A DNA stretch of 46,861 nucleotides from Slackia heliotrinireducens. GTDB lineage: Bacteria > Actinomycetota > Aquicultoria > DYIV01. The notes below the pieces were generated by a model, which saw only the letters and a list, made by a program, of their open reading frames with translations, was not told the origin of the DNA and searched no databases. The position numbers and the translations under genes are program-made. Shown piece by piece: positions 1-8,997 of this stretch (the first letter of the stretch is position 1; each line of letters begins with the position of its first letter). The stretch covers positions 1-46,861 of the forward strand of contig DYIV01000005.1 of assembly GCA_020723435.1 (NCBI GenBank), in the 5' to 3' direction.

Positions 1-110
1 CGGAAGAGCGCGTGCCGGGATTCGCAGACATCGACGAGTATCACACGAAGCCCTTTGAACCTGCCACGCTGGTCAAGCTCGTCCGTAGACTCGCCAGCGA
101 GAAGGGTTGA
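1..110 (+). CDS. 3' end of a response-regulator-like gene (partial, runs off the window start)
   Basis: Open-ended, so absent from the ORF track. Reading from base 3 gives EERVPGFADIDEYHTKPFEPATLVKLVRRLASEKG, ending at TGA 108-110. The D-x-Y-x-TKPF stretch resembles the last strand/helix of CheY-like receiver domains. Confidence 0.4.
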   Translation, partial: EERVPGFADIDEYHTKPFEPATLVKLVRRLASEKG

Positions 111-180
111 GCCTGCGATACGGGCTCATGCGCCTCGCTGATTGGCGCTGGCCTGAAGCCGCGTGATGGAGGGGGTCACG

Positions 181-1011
181 ATGCTGGGGACCCAGCCGCA
201 AGGTCGACCGGGCAACCGTGCTCGGCTGTGGCTCCGGCGCGGAATGCTGCTTCTGCTCGCGTTGATATTTGCCTCCCCGGCACTGCTGTACATCTTCATG
301 AAGATAGACGTCGCGCGCTCCATGCCTTCGGATCCCGCCGCGGCAAGGCGAGGAGACGACCTGACGCGGACCAGAGGCAAGATCGTGGCGGTCGTGGTCG
401 CCCATCCAGACGACGTCGACTATTGGGCGTCGGGCACGATGGCCAAGCTTCACAGAAACGGCAATAGAATCGTCATGATCGTGGCTACCACCGGTGAGCG
501 CGGGGCGAACATCCCCGGAATCGCCAAGATCCGCCGAAGCGAGCAGAAGAAGGCGGGAGCGATCGTCGGCTATGACGACATGATCTTCCTGAACCACCCC
601 GACCAGGGGCTCAAAGCCGACGACCGGTTCGAGGACGAGCTTCGGCGCTTGTTCGTCGCCCACAAGCCCGACGTGTTGTTCACCTTCGACGTGGAGGAGC
701 CGGACTCCACCTACCACCACGTCGACCACGACGCCGCCGGTCGAGCAGCTCATGCGGCGGCAGGCGGGTCACCGTCGATCCAGAGTGTCTATCTATTCCA
801 CACCGGGGCCCCCAACGTGAGCGTCGACATCGCTGACGTTGCGCCGATCAAGAGACGCGCACTCGACGCTCATGACAGCGTTCTCGGCCGAAGCAGCGGT
901 TGGAGGCAACTGGCGGCGATCTTCTTCTGGGTCGAGAAGACCGTGGTCGTGGGCCACCCGGAGCTGTTCCGCGCGACGCACCCCCTCGCCGGCCGACAAC
1001 TGGTACCATAG
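181..1011 (+). CDS. PIG-L/LmbE family N-acetylglucosaminyl deacetylase, membrane-anchored
   Basis: ORF 163..1011. In-frame ATG 181 follows GGAGGGGG. An N-terminal TM helix ([17 protein letters not shown]) is followed by [11 protein letters not shown] ... HHVDH, the PIG-L/LmbE zinc-site signature. Confidence 0.8.
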   Translation: MLGTQPQGRPGNRARLWLRRGMLLLLALIFASPALLYIFMKIDVARSMPSDPAAARRGDDLTRTRGKIVAVVVAHPDDVDYWASGTMAKLHRNGNRIVMIVATTGERGANIPGIAKIRRSEQKKAGAIVGYDDMIFLNHPDQGLKADDRFEDELRRLFVAHKPDVLFTFDVEEPDSTYHHVDHDAAGRAAHAAAGGSPSIQSVYLFHTGAPNVSVDIADVAPIKRRALDAHDSVLGRSSGWRQLAAIFFWVEKTVVVGHPELFRATHPLAGRQLVP

Positions 1012-1100
1012 GCGCCAGCCGATCGCCCCAATCTTGGATACTGCGTCCAGCGAGGGCCGTCGGCCGCTGTGAGGGACCGACACGAATCGCGGAGGTCAAT

Positions 1101-1643
1101 GTGAAGAAGCAATCATGCAGATCTGGCGGGAGCGACAAGCGAGCGACTCTTCGCCGCTACAGCACGCCAATCGCGGCTGTCATCGGCGCGGTCATGCTGA
1201 CCGCGCTGGGCTGCTCCGCTCCCCAGGCCGAGCCGCCGAGCGAGACGGCGCCGAGCCGGCCCGAGACTACCCAGCAGGAGGCGACGCCCACCGAGACCGA
1301 CGAGAGCACCGAGACAGCGACGAAGCTTGCGAAGAAAGACCTCGTCGTCGGCAAGGGCGCCGCGGCAAAGACCGGCGACAGAGTCAGCGTTCACTACACC
1401 GGCTGGCTGACCGACGGGACCAAGTTCGATTCGTCGCTCGATCGGGGGCAGCCCTTCGAGTTCGTCTTGGGCCAAGGCCAGGTCATCCCGGGCTGGGACG
1501 AGGGCGTCGTCGGCATGAAGGTCGGAGGCAAGCGTGAGCTCATCATCCCTCCCGACATGGCCTACGGCGATCACGGCGCCGGTGGCGTGATTCCTCCCAA
1601 CGCCACGCTGAAGTTCAACGTTGAGCTACTGGCGATCAAATAG
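1101..1643 (+). CDS. FKBP-type peptidyl-prolyl cis-trans isomerase, predicted lipoprotein
   Basis: In-frame GTG 1101 lies 5 nt after GGAGG. The 900..1100 part of the track ORF overlaps the upstream gene. Signal peptide with lipobox LTALG-C. The C-terminal core [56 protein letters not shown] is canonical FKBP. Confidence 0.9.
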   Translation: MKKQSCRSGGSDKRATLRRYSTPIAAVIGAVMLTALGCSAPQAEPPSETAPSRPETTQQEATPTETDESTETATKLAKKDLVVGKGAAAKTGDRVSVHYTGWLTDGTKFDSSLDRGQPFEFVLGQGQVIPGWDEGVVGMKVGGKRELIIPPDMAYGDHGAGGVIPPNATLKFNVELLAIK

Positions 1644-1646
1644 GGT

Positions 1647-2408
1647 GTGCGACGCCTCTCAATGAAGACCAAGACCCGACAGAGACTGCGCAAGGGGCTC
1701 ACCCTAGTCTCGTTCTTGCTCTTTCCGATTACCATGTACTACTTCTCGCCCGCCCTCATCATCGAGGGAGCCGCCGCGGGGATAGTCTCGGGGAGCTTCA
1801 TCACCTTCGGACTGCTCTTTGTCAGTTCGCTCTTCGTGGGAAGGGGCTTCTGCGGCTGGGCGTGCCCCGGCGCGGGCCTACAAGAGGCCTGCATGGCCGC
1901 CCGCGACAGGCGGCTCCAGCCGGGCCGGAAGGACCTCATCAAGTACTTCATCTGGGTACCGTGGGTCGGCGGCATCGCGGCGGCCGCGATATCGGCCGGC
2001 GGGCTCACCTCGGTCGACCCTTTCTTGCAGACCAAGTACGGCATCTCGATCTCGGAGCCCGCCGGCTACATCATCTACTACGGGTTCATCGCGCTGATTG
2101 TCGGTCTGGCGCTGTCGGCCGGACGCCGCGCCTTCTGCCATTACGTCTGCTGGATGGCCCCGTTCATGGTGATCGGCCGGCGGATTCGCAATCTCGCCAA
2201 GTGGCCGTCCCTGCGCGTCGTCGCCGACGCCGGCGCCTGCAAGGAGTGCCGGTCGTGCAACGACGCGTGCCCGCAGAGCATCGACGTTCAGAAGCACGTG
2301 GCAAGCAGTTCGATGGAGGACGACGAGTGCATCCTCTGCGGCAGCTGCGTGGACACGTGCCCGCGCGGCGTGGTGCGCTTCAGCTTCAGCCGCGGCGCCC
2401 ACAACTAG
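1647..2408 (+). CDS. Polytopic membrane 4Fe-4S ferredoxin-type protein (NapH/MauN-like)
   Basis: Several TM helices, with CGWACPG and CHYVCW motifs. Two ferredoxin clusters are present: CKECRSCNDACP and CILCGSCVDTCP. The start is uncertain (1647 or ATG 1662). Confidence 0.75.
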   Translation: MRRLSMKTKTRQRLRKGLTLVSFLLFPITMYYFSPALIIEGAAAGIVSGSFITFGLLFVSSLFVGRGFCGWACPGAGLQEACMAARDRRLQPGRKDLIKYFIWVPWVGGIAAAAISAGGLTSVDPFLQTKYGISISEPAGYIIYYGFIALIVGLALSAGRRAFCHYVCWMAPFMVIGRRIRNLAKWPSLRVVADAGACKECRSCNDACPQSIDVQKHVASSSMEDDECILCGSCVDTCPRGVVRFSFSRGAHN

Positions 2409-2426
2409 GTAATCCGGCCCCGGACG

Positions 2427-2435
2427 TGCTACAAT
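2427..2435 (+). promoter_or_regulatory. Candidate extended -10 promoter element (TGcTACAAT) for cspA, implying a ~110-nt leader
   Basis: TG at 2427-2428 and TACAAT at 2430-2435, about 113 nt upstream of the csp ATG. Long 5' UTRs are typical of cold-shock genes. No clear -35 element. Confidence 0.3.
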
Positions 2436-2547
2436 GCCGCGAGACGAGCCGGAAGGGCTCGGAGGACTGCGACGTGACGCACCGCTTCCTTGCGGCGACA
2501 ATCGCGTCGCTCTGTTTTGCCCCGTGGGGGCGAGAGGATGGGTTGGT

Positions 2548-2751
2548 ATGGCGGAAGGCAAAGTCAAGTGGTTCAACGCAAGCAAAGGCTACGGCTTCAT
2601 CGAGCGTGAGGATGGCGACGATCTGTTCGTCCATTTCTCCGAGATCCAGAGCGAGGGCTTCAAATCCCTCGACGAGGGTCAGGCCGTCTCCTTCGAAGAG
2701 ACGACCGGCGAGAACGGCAAGCAGCAGGCGACGAATGTGCGTCCCCTCTAG
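2548..2751 (+). CDS. cspA: Cold-shock protein (CSD fold)
   Basis: [33 protein letters not shown]... contains the RNP1 (KGYGFI) and RNP2 (VFVHF-like) motifs. ATG 2548 lies inside track ORF 2434..2751. Confidence 0.95.
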   Translation: MAEGKVKWFNASKGYGFIEREDGDDLFVHFSEIQSEGFKSLDEGQAVSFEETTGENGKQQATNVRPL

Positions 2752-2909
2752 CTAGCCAACGCCCAGCTTGACGAGCACTTCACGGACCGGACGACTCCAC
2801 CCGAGTCGCCCGGTTCTTGGATTTGGCGCCTCATGCCGTGGACTGCGGTCCGCGATCGACAGCCATAGTCCGCGATAGACAACCAGCTCCTCGAAGGTGA
2901 AAGGCTGAT

Positions 2910-3950
2910 ATGAAGATAGGATTGGCGGGATTCGCCGGCTCCGGGAAGACGACGGTATTCAACGCGATGACGGGACTCGACGTGCCGGTGGGATTCGGCG
3001 GAGAGCTCAGGCTGGGAACGGTGCGTGTGCCCGACGCGCGGATCGACGCGCTGTCCAGCATCTTCTCTCCGAAGAAGACGACCTACGCCGAGATGATCTT
3101 CTGCGACATTCCCGGCGAGCATGGCGCCGACAGGAAGGGGCTGTCGACCGAAGCGCTGCAGCAGATTCGCGACCAGGATGCGCTCTGCCTGGTCTTGCGC
3201 GATTTCGCCAACCACTCCGTCGAGGGCGACACCGATCCCGCGCGCGAGCTGGAGGCGTTTCACACCGAGTGCCTCCTCGCCGACCTCGAGCTCGTTGAGC
3301 GCCGTCTCGACCGCGCCCGCAAGGATCACCTCACCGAGCAGGAGACGGCCGCCTTCGCCAGGATGAAGGATGTTCTGGAGGATGGGCGGCCACTGCGCGC
3401 CCTGCCCGGCGCCGAGCTCGACCGTGGCGCGCTGAGGGGTCTCGGCTTCTTGACGGACAAGCCCCTCCTGGTGGCGCTGAATCGCGGTGAAGCACGGGCT
3501 GGAGAGCCGATGCCGGATGACCTCGCGGCGCGGATTGGAGCTCTCGAGGCCGCCGGCCTGGTGCTCTCGGCAAGCGTCGAAGCAGAGATAGCGGAGCTGG
3601 AGGCCCACGAACAGGCGGCGTTCCTCGATGACCTTGGGCTGACCGACTCCGCGCTGGCGCGGTTCATCCGTACCGCCTACGAGCTGCTTGACCTCGTCTC
3701 ATTCTTCACCGTCGGCGACGATGAGGTGCGCGCGTGGACCATCCGTCGCGACACCCGCGCCCGCGAGGCCGCCGGCCGCATCCACTCGGACCTCGAACGC
3801 GGCTTCATCCGAGCCGAGGTGACTCCATACGACATCTTCATGGAGCACGGCTCGGAGCAGGCCGTCAAAGATGCGGGCTGTCTCCAGGTCGAGGGGAAGG
3901 ACTACATAGTCTCGGACGGCGATATCATGAGCGTCCGGTTCAATGTGTAG
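2910..3950 (+). CDS. ychF: YchF/OLA1-type Obg-family ATPase/GTPase
   Basis: P-loop GFAGSGKTTVFNAMTG at the N-terminus. The C-terminal TGS/DUF933-like end reads FFTVGDDEVRAWTI..G..A.EAAGRIHSDLERGFIRAEV...GKDYIVSDGDIMSVRFNV. Confidence 0.85.
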   Translation: MKIGLAGFAGSGKTTVFNAMTGLDVPVGFGGELRLGTVRVPDARIDALSSIFSPKKTTYAEMIFCDIPGEHGADRKGLSTEALQQIRDQDALCLVLRDFANHSVEGDTDPARELEAFHTECLLADLELVERRLDRARKDHLTEQETAAFARMKDVLEDGRPLRALPGAELDRGALRGLGFLTDKPLLVALNRGEARAGEPMPDDLAARIGALEAAGLVLSASVEAEIAELEAHEQAAFLDDLGLTDSALARFIRTAYELLDLVSFFTVGDDEVRAWTIRRDTRAREAAGRIHSDLERGFIRAEVTPYDIFMEHGSEQAVKDAGCLQVEGKDYIVSDGDIMSVRFNV

Positions 3951-4049
3951 CGGACCCCCGCCCCCGGCGCCAATTAGCCTCATTTACCTGGCCATACTCC
4001 TTGACCGCCCAGCTCAGGAGGGCTAGAATCGGCTACACAACCAAATAGC

Positions 4050-4210
4050 TGACCCATCCGTTAGGTGAGGCTACTGTACTGAACAGAGGCCACTGCCCGG
4101 AAATGTCGACAGACGCCAATGGGTAGAACAGCGCTTGCCGGCTTAAGGTTTGCGCTAACGTGGCTGAGCGGTTGACTCTACGTCGTACAGTGTCAAAGCT
4201 CAACGAGGGA
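4050..4210 (+). promoter_or_regulatory. M-box (ykoK-type) Mg2+ riboswitch aptamer upstream of mgtE
   Basis: The conserved M-box core strings are present in order: CCGTTAGGTGAGGCT, ACAG..GCCACTGCCCGGAAATGTCGACAGACGCCAATGGGTAGAACAG, CTTAAGGT, GCTAA and TCAAAGCTCAACGAG. Position directly 5' of mgtE is the classical context. Confidence 0.85.
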
Positions 4211-4241
4211 TCGGGGCGTGCGCGGCTATGCGCATGTCTGG

Positions 4242-4268
4242 ACTCCTCTCGTTGAGAGGGGTTTTCTT
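4242..4268 (+). terminator. Riboswitch expression platform: hairpin plus T-run that also sequesters the mgtE RBS
   Basis: ACTCCTCTC-GTT-GAGAGGGGT hairpin (4242-4262) is followed by TTTTCTT and abuts ATG 4269. The GAGAGGGG arm doubles as the Shine-Dalgarno sequence. Confidence 0.5.
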
Positions 4269-6071
4269 ATGATCTACTTCACCAAGATACTCGGCGAGGA
4301 AGTATACGACAGCGAGGGAGAGCTGGTCGGAACCGTCAACGACCTGGCGATCGAGACGCGCGAGATCTTTCCTCGCGTTACCAGCATCGCCTTCGTCGGC
4401 CCGGACAAGCGTCCCTTCATGCTGTCATGGCGTCGCTTCGTCGAGGACTTCAGCCCCGAGAGGATCACACTCAACGCGCCCCAGAAGAAGCTGCGCTTCT
4501 CCTATCTGCAGCCGGCGGAGGTCTTGCTCGCCCGCGACCTGCTCGACCATCAGATTGTCGACACCCAGGGCATCAAGGTCGTGCGCGTCAACGATGTCAA
4601 GCTCACCGAATCGCGCAAGGACCTGCGGGTGCTCGGCGCCGACGTCGGCGTGCGGGGAATTCTGCGACGGCTCAACTTGGAGCGGCCGCTCGACATCATC
4701 ACGTCGATCGTCAGGTACCGCTATCCCGAGCGGCTGATCGCCTGGAACTACATCGACCTGCTCGAGAAGGACCTCTCGGGGATGAAGCTGTCGGTCACGC
4801 ACAAGCGCCTCTTCGAGCTGCACCCGGCCGACATCGCCGACATCATCGGCCAGATGGAGCCGGAGCACCGCGCTCGCGTCTTCGAGCACCTGGACTTGGA
4901 GCGCGCCTCCGACACGATCTCGGAGTCGGAGCCGGAAGTCCAGGCCGAGCTGGTCGAATCCTTGGGAGACGAGAAGGCGTCCGACCTGCTGGAGATCATG
5001 CCACCGGACGACGCGGCCGACATTATCGGCGGTCTGCCGTATGAGAAGGCTGAGATTCTGCTGAACCTGATGGGCTTCAAGGAGGCTGCTGAGGTCAGGA
5101 AGCTGCTTGGCTATCGCGAGCACTCCGCGGGCGGCATCATGACCACGGACTACATCGCGCTCTCGGAGAACCTGACGGTGGAAGAGACGCTCGCCAGGCT
5201 TCGGGAGGCGGCGCCGGAGGCGGAGTCAATCTACTATGTGTATGTGGTGGATGAGGAGAACCACCTCAAAGGCGTGCTCTCCCTGCGCGACCTGATCGTC
5301 TCCTCGCCCGAGACGCACATCCACGACACGATGCTCACTGACATCATCAGCGTGGACGTCGACGACGACCAGGAAGAGGTGGCCGATGTCATCACCAAGT
5401 ACGATCTGATCGCCGCGCCGGTCATCGATGAGTCGGGACGGCTGGTCGGCATCGTCACCGTCGACGACGTGCTGGAGGTCATGGAGCAGGAGTCGGCCGA
5501 GGATATCGCGATTCTCACGGGCAGCAAGTGGACGCCCCGGTTCGACACGGCATTCTCCTGGTTTGTGCAGCGCTCGGGGTGGCTGACCGTCTGGCTCTTC
5601 GCCGGAGCCGTGGCCGGCAGCATCCTCCACTTCTACTCGGGGATGCTCGAGCGACTGCTGGCCATCGTCTTCTTCGTCCCCCTGATTCTGCGGATCTCCG
5701 ACGACGTGGGGAATCGCTCGGTGGCGACGATCATCCAGTCACTCGAGGGCGGCGAAGAGCAGAAGCGGGAAGGCCTGCTCAAGCGCACCACGCTCGATCT
5801 GCTCACGGCCGCCGGCATCGGCCTTCTCTCCGGCCTGCTGGCGATCGTGCTGCTGCTGGTCTGGAGGCAGCCGCCGAGGGAGGCGATCGGCCTGTCGGTG
5901 TCGGTGGCGGCGACGATTGTGCTCGTGGGTGCGACCGGAACGCTGCTGCCGCTGGCGCTGAAGCGCCTTAGTGTCGATCCAGCCGTGGCGACTCGCCCGA
6001 TTGTCACGACGGGAATGAGCGCCCTTGGGTTGGTGATCTACCTTGGCCTGGCCGGCGCGATAAGGTTCTAG
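4269..6071 (+). CDS. mgtE: Mg2+ transporter MgtE with N-terminal PRC-barrel-like extension
   Basis: Two PRC-barrel-like segments (ILGEEVYDSEGELVGTVNDLAIE...; LLDHQIVDTQGIKVVRVNDVKL). These are followed by the MgtE_N region (ADIADIIGQM..., PPDDAADIIGGLP), a CBS pair (IMTTDYIAL...VVDEENHLKGVLSLRDL; APVIDESGRLVGIVTVDDVLEV) and a 5-TM MgtE channel domain. ATG 4269 is preferred over GTG 4218, which lies inside the riboswitch platform. Confidence 0.9.
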   Translation: MIYFTKILGEEVYDSEGELVGTVNDLAIETREIFPRVTSIAFVGPDKRPFMLSWRRFVEDFSPERITLNAPQKKLRFSYLQPAEVLLARDLLDHQIVDTQGIKVVRVNDVKLTESRKDLRVLGADVGVRGILRRLNLERPLDIITSIVRYRYPERLIAWNYIDLLEKDLSGMKLSVTHKRLFELHPADIADIIGQMEPEHRARVFEHLDLERASDTISESEPEVQAELVESLGDEKASDLLEIMPPDDAADIIGGLPYEKAEILLNLMGFKEAAEVRKLLGYREHSAGGIMTTDYIALSENLTVEETLARLREAAPEAESIYYVYVVDEENHLKGVLSLRDLIVSSPETHIHDTMLTDIISVDVDDDQEEVADVITKYDLIAAPVIDESGRLVGIVTVDDVLEVMEQESAEDIAILTGSKWTPRFDTAFSWFVQRSGWLTVWLFAGAVAGSILHFYSGMLERLLAIVFFVPLILRISDDVGNRSVATIIQSLEGGEEQKREGLLKRTTLDLLTAAGIGLLSGLLAIVLLLVWRQPPREAIGLSVSVAATIVLVGATGTLLPLALKRLSVDPAVATRPIVTTGMSALGLVIYLGLAGAIRF

Positions 6072-6078
6072 GAGCGAG

Positions 6079-6672
6079 GTGACGTCGATGTCGTCCGACA
6101 GCTCGTTTAGGCAGACAAAGCAAGAGCTGCGCGCCGAGGTGCGCGAACGGCGCGCCGGACTCGACCACGCGCTGCGCATGCGCAAGAGCCTCGCCATCGA
6201 GAAGACCGTCGTCGCCACGACAGAGTACGAGCAGGCGGCATGCATAATGCTCTACGCCTCGTCACACGATGAGGTTCACACGTTCAGCCTGATCGAGAAG
6301 GCGTTGGCTGATGGCAAGGTCGTCGTGCTCCCACGCATGGCCGCGGGAGAGAACCTCGAACCGCACGTCGTCGAGGACACGACGGAGTTGCGGCGCAACC
6401 GATACGGGATTCTCGAGCCGCTGGAGACCGCGCCGCGTGCCTCGCTTGGCGACGTGGACGTGGCGATCGTGCCGGGTGTGGCCTTCGACGAGCGCTGCAA
6501 CCGGCTGGGCATGGGCAAGGGCTGCTACGACAAGCTGCTGCCGAGAATCGAGCATGCCACGCGCGTCGGGCTGGCGTTCGAGGAGCAGATGGTCGAGTCG
6601 GTCCCGTGCGAGGAACACGACTCGCGGGTCGATGTGGTTGTGACGGAGAAGCGCGTGCTGCACTGCCGTTGA
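6079..6672 (+). CDS. 5-formyltetrahydrofolate cyclo-ligase
   Basis: KQELRAEVRERR start, ..YGILEP.., and IVPGVAFDERCNRLGMGKGCYDKLL match the MTHFS family signature. The start is GTG 6079 or ATG 6088. Confidence 0.85.
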   Translation: MTSMSSDSSFRQTKQELRAEVRERRAGLDHALRMRKSLAIEKTVVATTEYEQAACIMLYASSHDEVHTFSLIEKALADGKVVVLPRMAAGENLEPHVVEDTTELRRNRYGILEPLETAPRASLGDVDVAIVPGVAFDERCNRLGMGKGCYDKLLPRIEHATRVGLAFEEQMVESVPCEEHDSRVDVVVTEKRVLHCR

Positions 6673-6673
6673 A

Positions 6674-7693
6674 TCACTCGAAGTGAGCCCAGCCGGTCTT
6701 GCCGATCATCATCGGCAGCCCATCCTTGATCACTCTGACCGGCGCCGCCTTGTCGGCCGGCTCGGCCTCGACCACTCCGATCCTCGTCAGCGTCGTGCCC
6801 GTCTCCTCCACCGCGACCGCCGTCTCCTCGAACGCGTTGGACGGCAGGGTGACGGCAAGCTCGAAGTCCTCCCCACCTGTCAGCGCCGTGACGAGTGGAT
6901 CCGGAACAATCCGACCCGCCAGCTCGGCCAGGTCCGGATCGACCGGTATCAGCTCGGCGTCGAGGGTGATGCCTACGCCACTGCGTTCACAGATGTGCCC
7001 CAGGTCTCCCATCAAACCGTCGCTGGTGTCGATCATGGCCGTGACTTCGCCGGCCGCGAGCGCCCGGCCCGCCGCCAGCCTCGGCTCGGGCTTGAGGTGC
7101 CGATCGAGCAGCCGCAGCCCGGCATGGCCGTAGTCACCCTCCGGCTTCTTGAGAACACGCTCGATACCGAGGATGCGCAGTCCCGCCGTTGCGCCTCCAA
7201 GCGAGCCTGTCACGCAGACCAAGTTGCCGGGACGCGCGCCGCTGCGCAAGACCGGAGTGTCACACTCGCCCAACACGGCGGTCGACAGAACGATCGTCGG
7301 CGAGACGCTCATATCGCCACCGAGCACAGGCACATCGAAGCAGCGGGAGGCTTCCGCGACCCCATCGTTGAGCGCGTCGAGCCACTCGACGTCGGTCGTG
7401 CGGGGACAGGCAACTGAGACGACCACGGCCGTCGGCGTGCCGCCCATCGCCGCGATATCGCTGAGGCTGACCGCGACTATCTTGAACCCCGCGCACTCCG
7501 CCGGAACGTCCGCAAGGAAGTCGATGCCCTCGACCATGGTGTCGATGGTGAACAGCAGAGTGCGGCCGTCGGCGGGAATCGCAGCGGTGTCGTCGCCCAT
7601 GCCAATCGCGCCGGCGGGCACGGTAGCGGCGGTGCGCAGCCGCGCCACGGTCCGTGCTATGGCGCCGAACTCCCCCAGCTCACCGAGGTTCAA
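6674..7693 (-). CDS. thiL: Thiamine-monophosphate kinase
   Basis: LGEFGAIARTV..., GMGDDTAAI, DTMVEGIDF, SLSDIAAMGG and DTSDGLMGDLGHI are the AIR-synthase-fold ThiL motifs. TTG start with AGGGGG upstream. Confidence 0.85.
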   Translation of the reverse strand: MNLGELGEFGAIARTVARLRTAATVPAGAIGMGDDTAAIPADGRTLLFTIDTMVEGIDFLADVPAECAGFKIVAVSLSDIAAMGGTPTAVVVSVACPRTTDVEWLDALNDGVAEASRCFDVPVLGGDMSVSPTIVLSTAVLGECDTPVLRSGARPGNLVCVTGSLGGATAGLRILGIERVLKKPEGDYGHAGLRLLDRHLKPEPRLAAGRALAAGEVTAMIDTSDGLMGDLGHICERSGVGITLDAELIPVDPDLAELAGRIVPDPLVTALTGGEDFELAVTLPSNAFEETAVAVEETGTTLTRIGVVEAEPADKAAPVRVIKDGLPMMIGKTGWAHFE

Positions 7694-7712
7694 TCTCGCG
7701 GCCCCCTGGTCC

Positions 7713-8918
7713 CTACCCGTTCTTCGCCACCGACGCCTTCTTCACCGGCAGTCTCGTCTTGGACGGCCTGACGTTGTAGAGCCCGTCGAGAGTCACGAAC
7801 GAGTAGCCCTTGCCTCGCAGCGTCTTGATGATGTAGGGAAGCGCCTGGATCGTCTGGGTCCTATCGCCGCCGCCGTCATGCATCAGCACGACGCAGCCGG
7901 GTGTGGCGCCGCCGACAACGGTCTTGACGATCGACTTGGTCCCGGGCTTGGTCCAATCGCGCGAGTCAAGGTCCCACAGGATTGGCTGCATCTTCAGTCC
8001 CTTGACGATTGCATTCACCTTTTCGTTCGTGTTGCCGCCGGGCGGGCGTACCCAATAGGTCTTTCGCTGCGCGGCGCGCATCACGATCTTCTGCGTCGTC
8101 AGAAGCTGCTCGCGCACGTCGGCGGTGCTGAGGCGCGTCAGGTTGGGATGGGAGTACGTGTGGTTGGCTATGACGTGACCGTCGTCGAGAAGACGCCGAA
8201 GCAGCGACGGATACTTCTTCGCCTGCTGCCCCAGAATGAAGAACGTGGCCGGCACGGCCTTAGCGGCGAGCAGGTCCGCGATCTTCTCCGTCTGCTCGGG
8301 CCAGGGCCCATCGTCGAAGGTGAGCGCGACCATCTTCGGCGGAGCCGTGTCGGTTCGCACCAGGACGGTCGGAATCGGCCGCTTGAGCACCTCCCGCTTC
8401 GTCACGATCTTGGAGAGCCCGCCCATGTAGTCGCGGCGCACCCCCGGGACACCTACCGCGTTTATCGCCAAGTACCGGCCGCTGCCGACAATCTTGGTCT
8501 CGGGCGGGAGGCTCACTCTGCGCGTGATGATGGGCTCCGTCACGTCCTCCCCATCGTGGGGCACGACGACATCCCCGGAGTGGATAATCGTTGAGAACGG
8601 AACCCGTTCGCCGTTGACGACGACGTAGGCCGGCTTGCCCTTGCTCTTCTCGATCACACGCTTTCGCACGTTGAGCAGATCGCCGGGAACCAGCTTGACC
8701 TTCTTCTCGCGAAGGAGGCCGGCCACCGAGATATCTCGAGCGACGCGCATGCGCTCGCCGGCGAGTGTCACGGGAACGTGCAAGTAGAAGTGGGTTATGA
8801 GTACCTGCAGGACAATGAAGATGGCCGCTGCGGCAGCGAGGCTGATGAGGTGCTGCGATTTCCGAGTCGTCGTTCTTCTTCCTTCAACAAATCCAACCGG
8901 CGAACCCCCGCCGGGCAC
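7713..8918 (-). CDS. Membrane-anchored polysaccharide deacetylase (CE4/NodB) with DUF348/G5-like N-terminal region
   Basis: TM helix, then a beta-rich linker. NodB motifs follow: ALTFDDGPWPEQT, HVIANHTYSHPNL, VRPPGGNTN and GCVVLMHD. Confidence 0.85.
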   Translation of the reverse strand: MPGGGSPVGFVEGRRTTTRKSQHLISLAAAAAIFIVLQVLITHFYLHVPVTLAGERMRVARDISVAGLLREKKVKLVPGDLLNVRKRVIEKSKGKPAYVVVNGERVPFSTIIHSGDVVVPHDGEDVTEPIITRRVSLPPETKIVGSGRYLAINAVGVPGVRRDYMGGLSKIVTKREVLKRPIPTVLVRTDTAPPKMVALTFDDGPWPEQTEKIADLLAAKAVPATFFILGQQAKKYPSLLRRLLDDGHVIANHTYSHPNLTRLSTADVREQLLTTQKIVMRAAQRKTYWVRPPGGNTNEKVNAIVKGLKMQPILWDLDSRDWTKPGTKSIVKTVVGGATPGCVVLMHDGGGDRTQTIQALPYIIKTLRGKGYSFVTLDGLYNVRPSKTRLPVKKASVAKNG

Positions 8919-8997
8919 GCCGAGTTGTCCCTACCGATGCGCATCTTATCACACGAAACGTCCAGCAAGAAGCGGACCAACGGCGCTCCCTAGCTGG

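Noticed and set aside
900-1100. Upstream extension of the FKBP ORF, and similarly 4218-4268 for mgtE, 15169-15324 for the DUF454 gene and 37155-37418 for S8
   Set aside because: The extensions overlap neighbouring genes or the riboswitch platform, and they lack an RBS and a signal-peptide logic. Internal starts with a good RBS give canonical N-termini.
7149-8594. 481-aa plus-strand ORF spanning the thiL and deacetylase loci
   Set aside because: It is antisense to two genes with clear family motifs. Its translation is low-complexity and Arg/Pro/Ala/Ser-rich, it has no RBS, and it is a typical high-GC shadow ORF.
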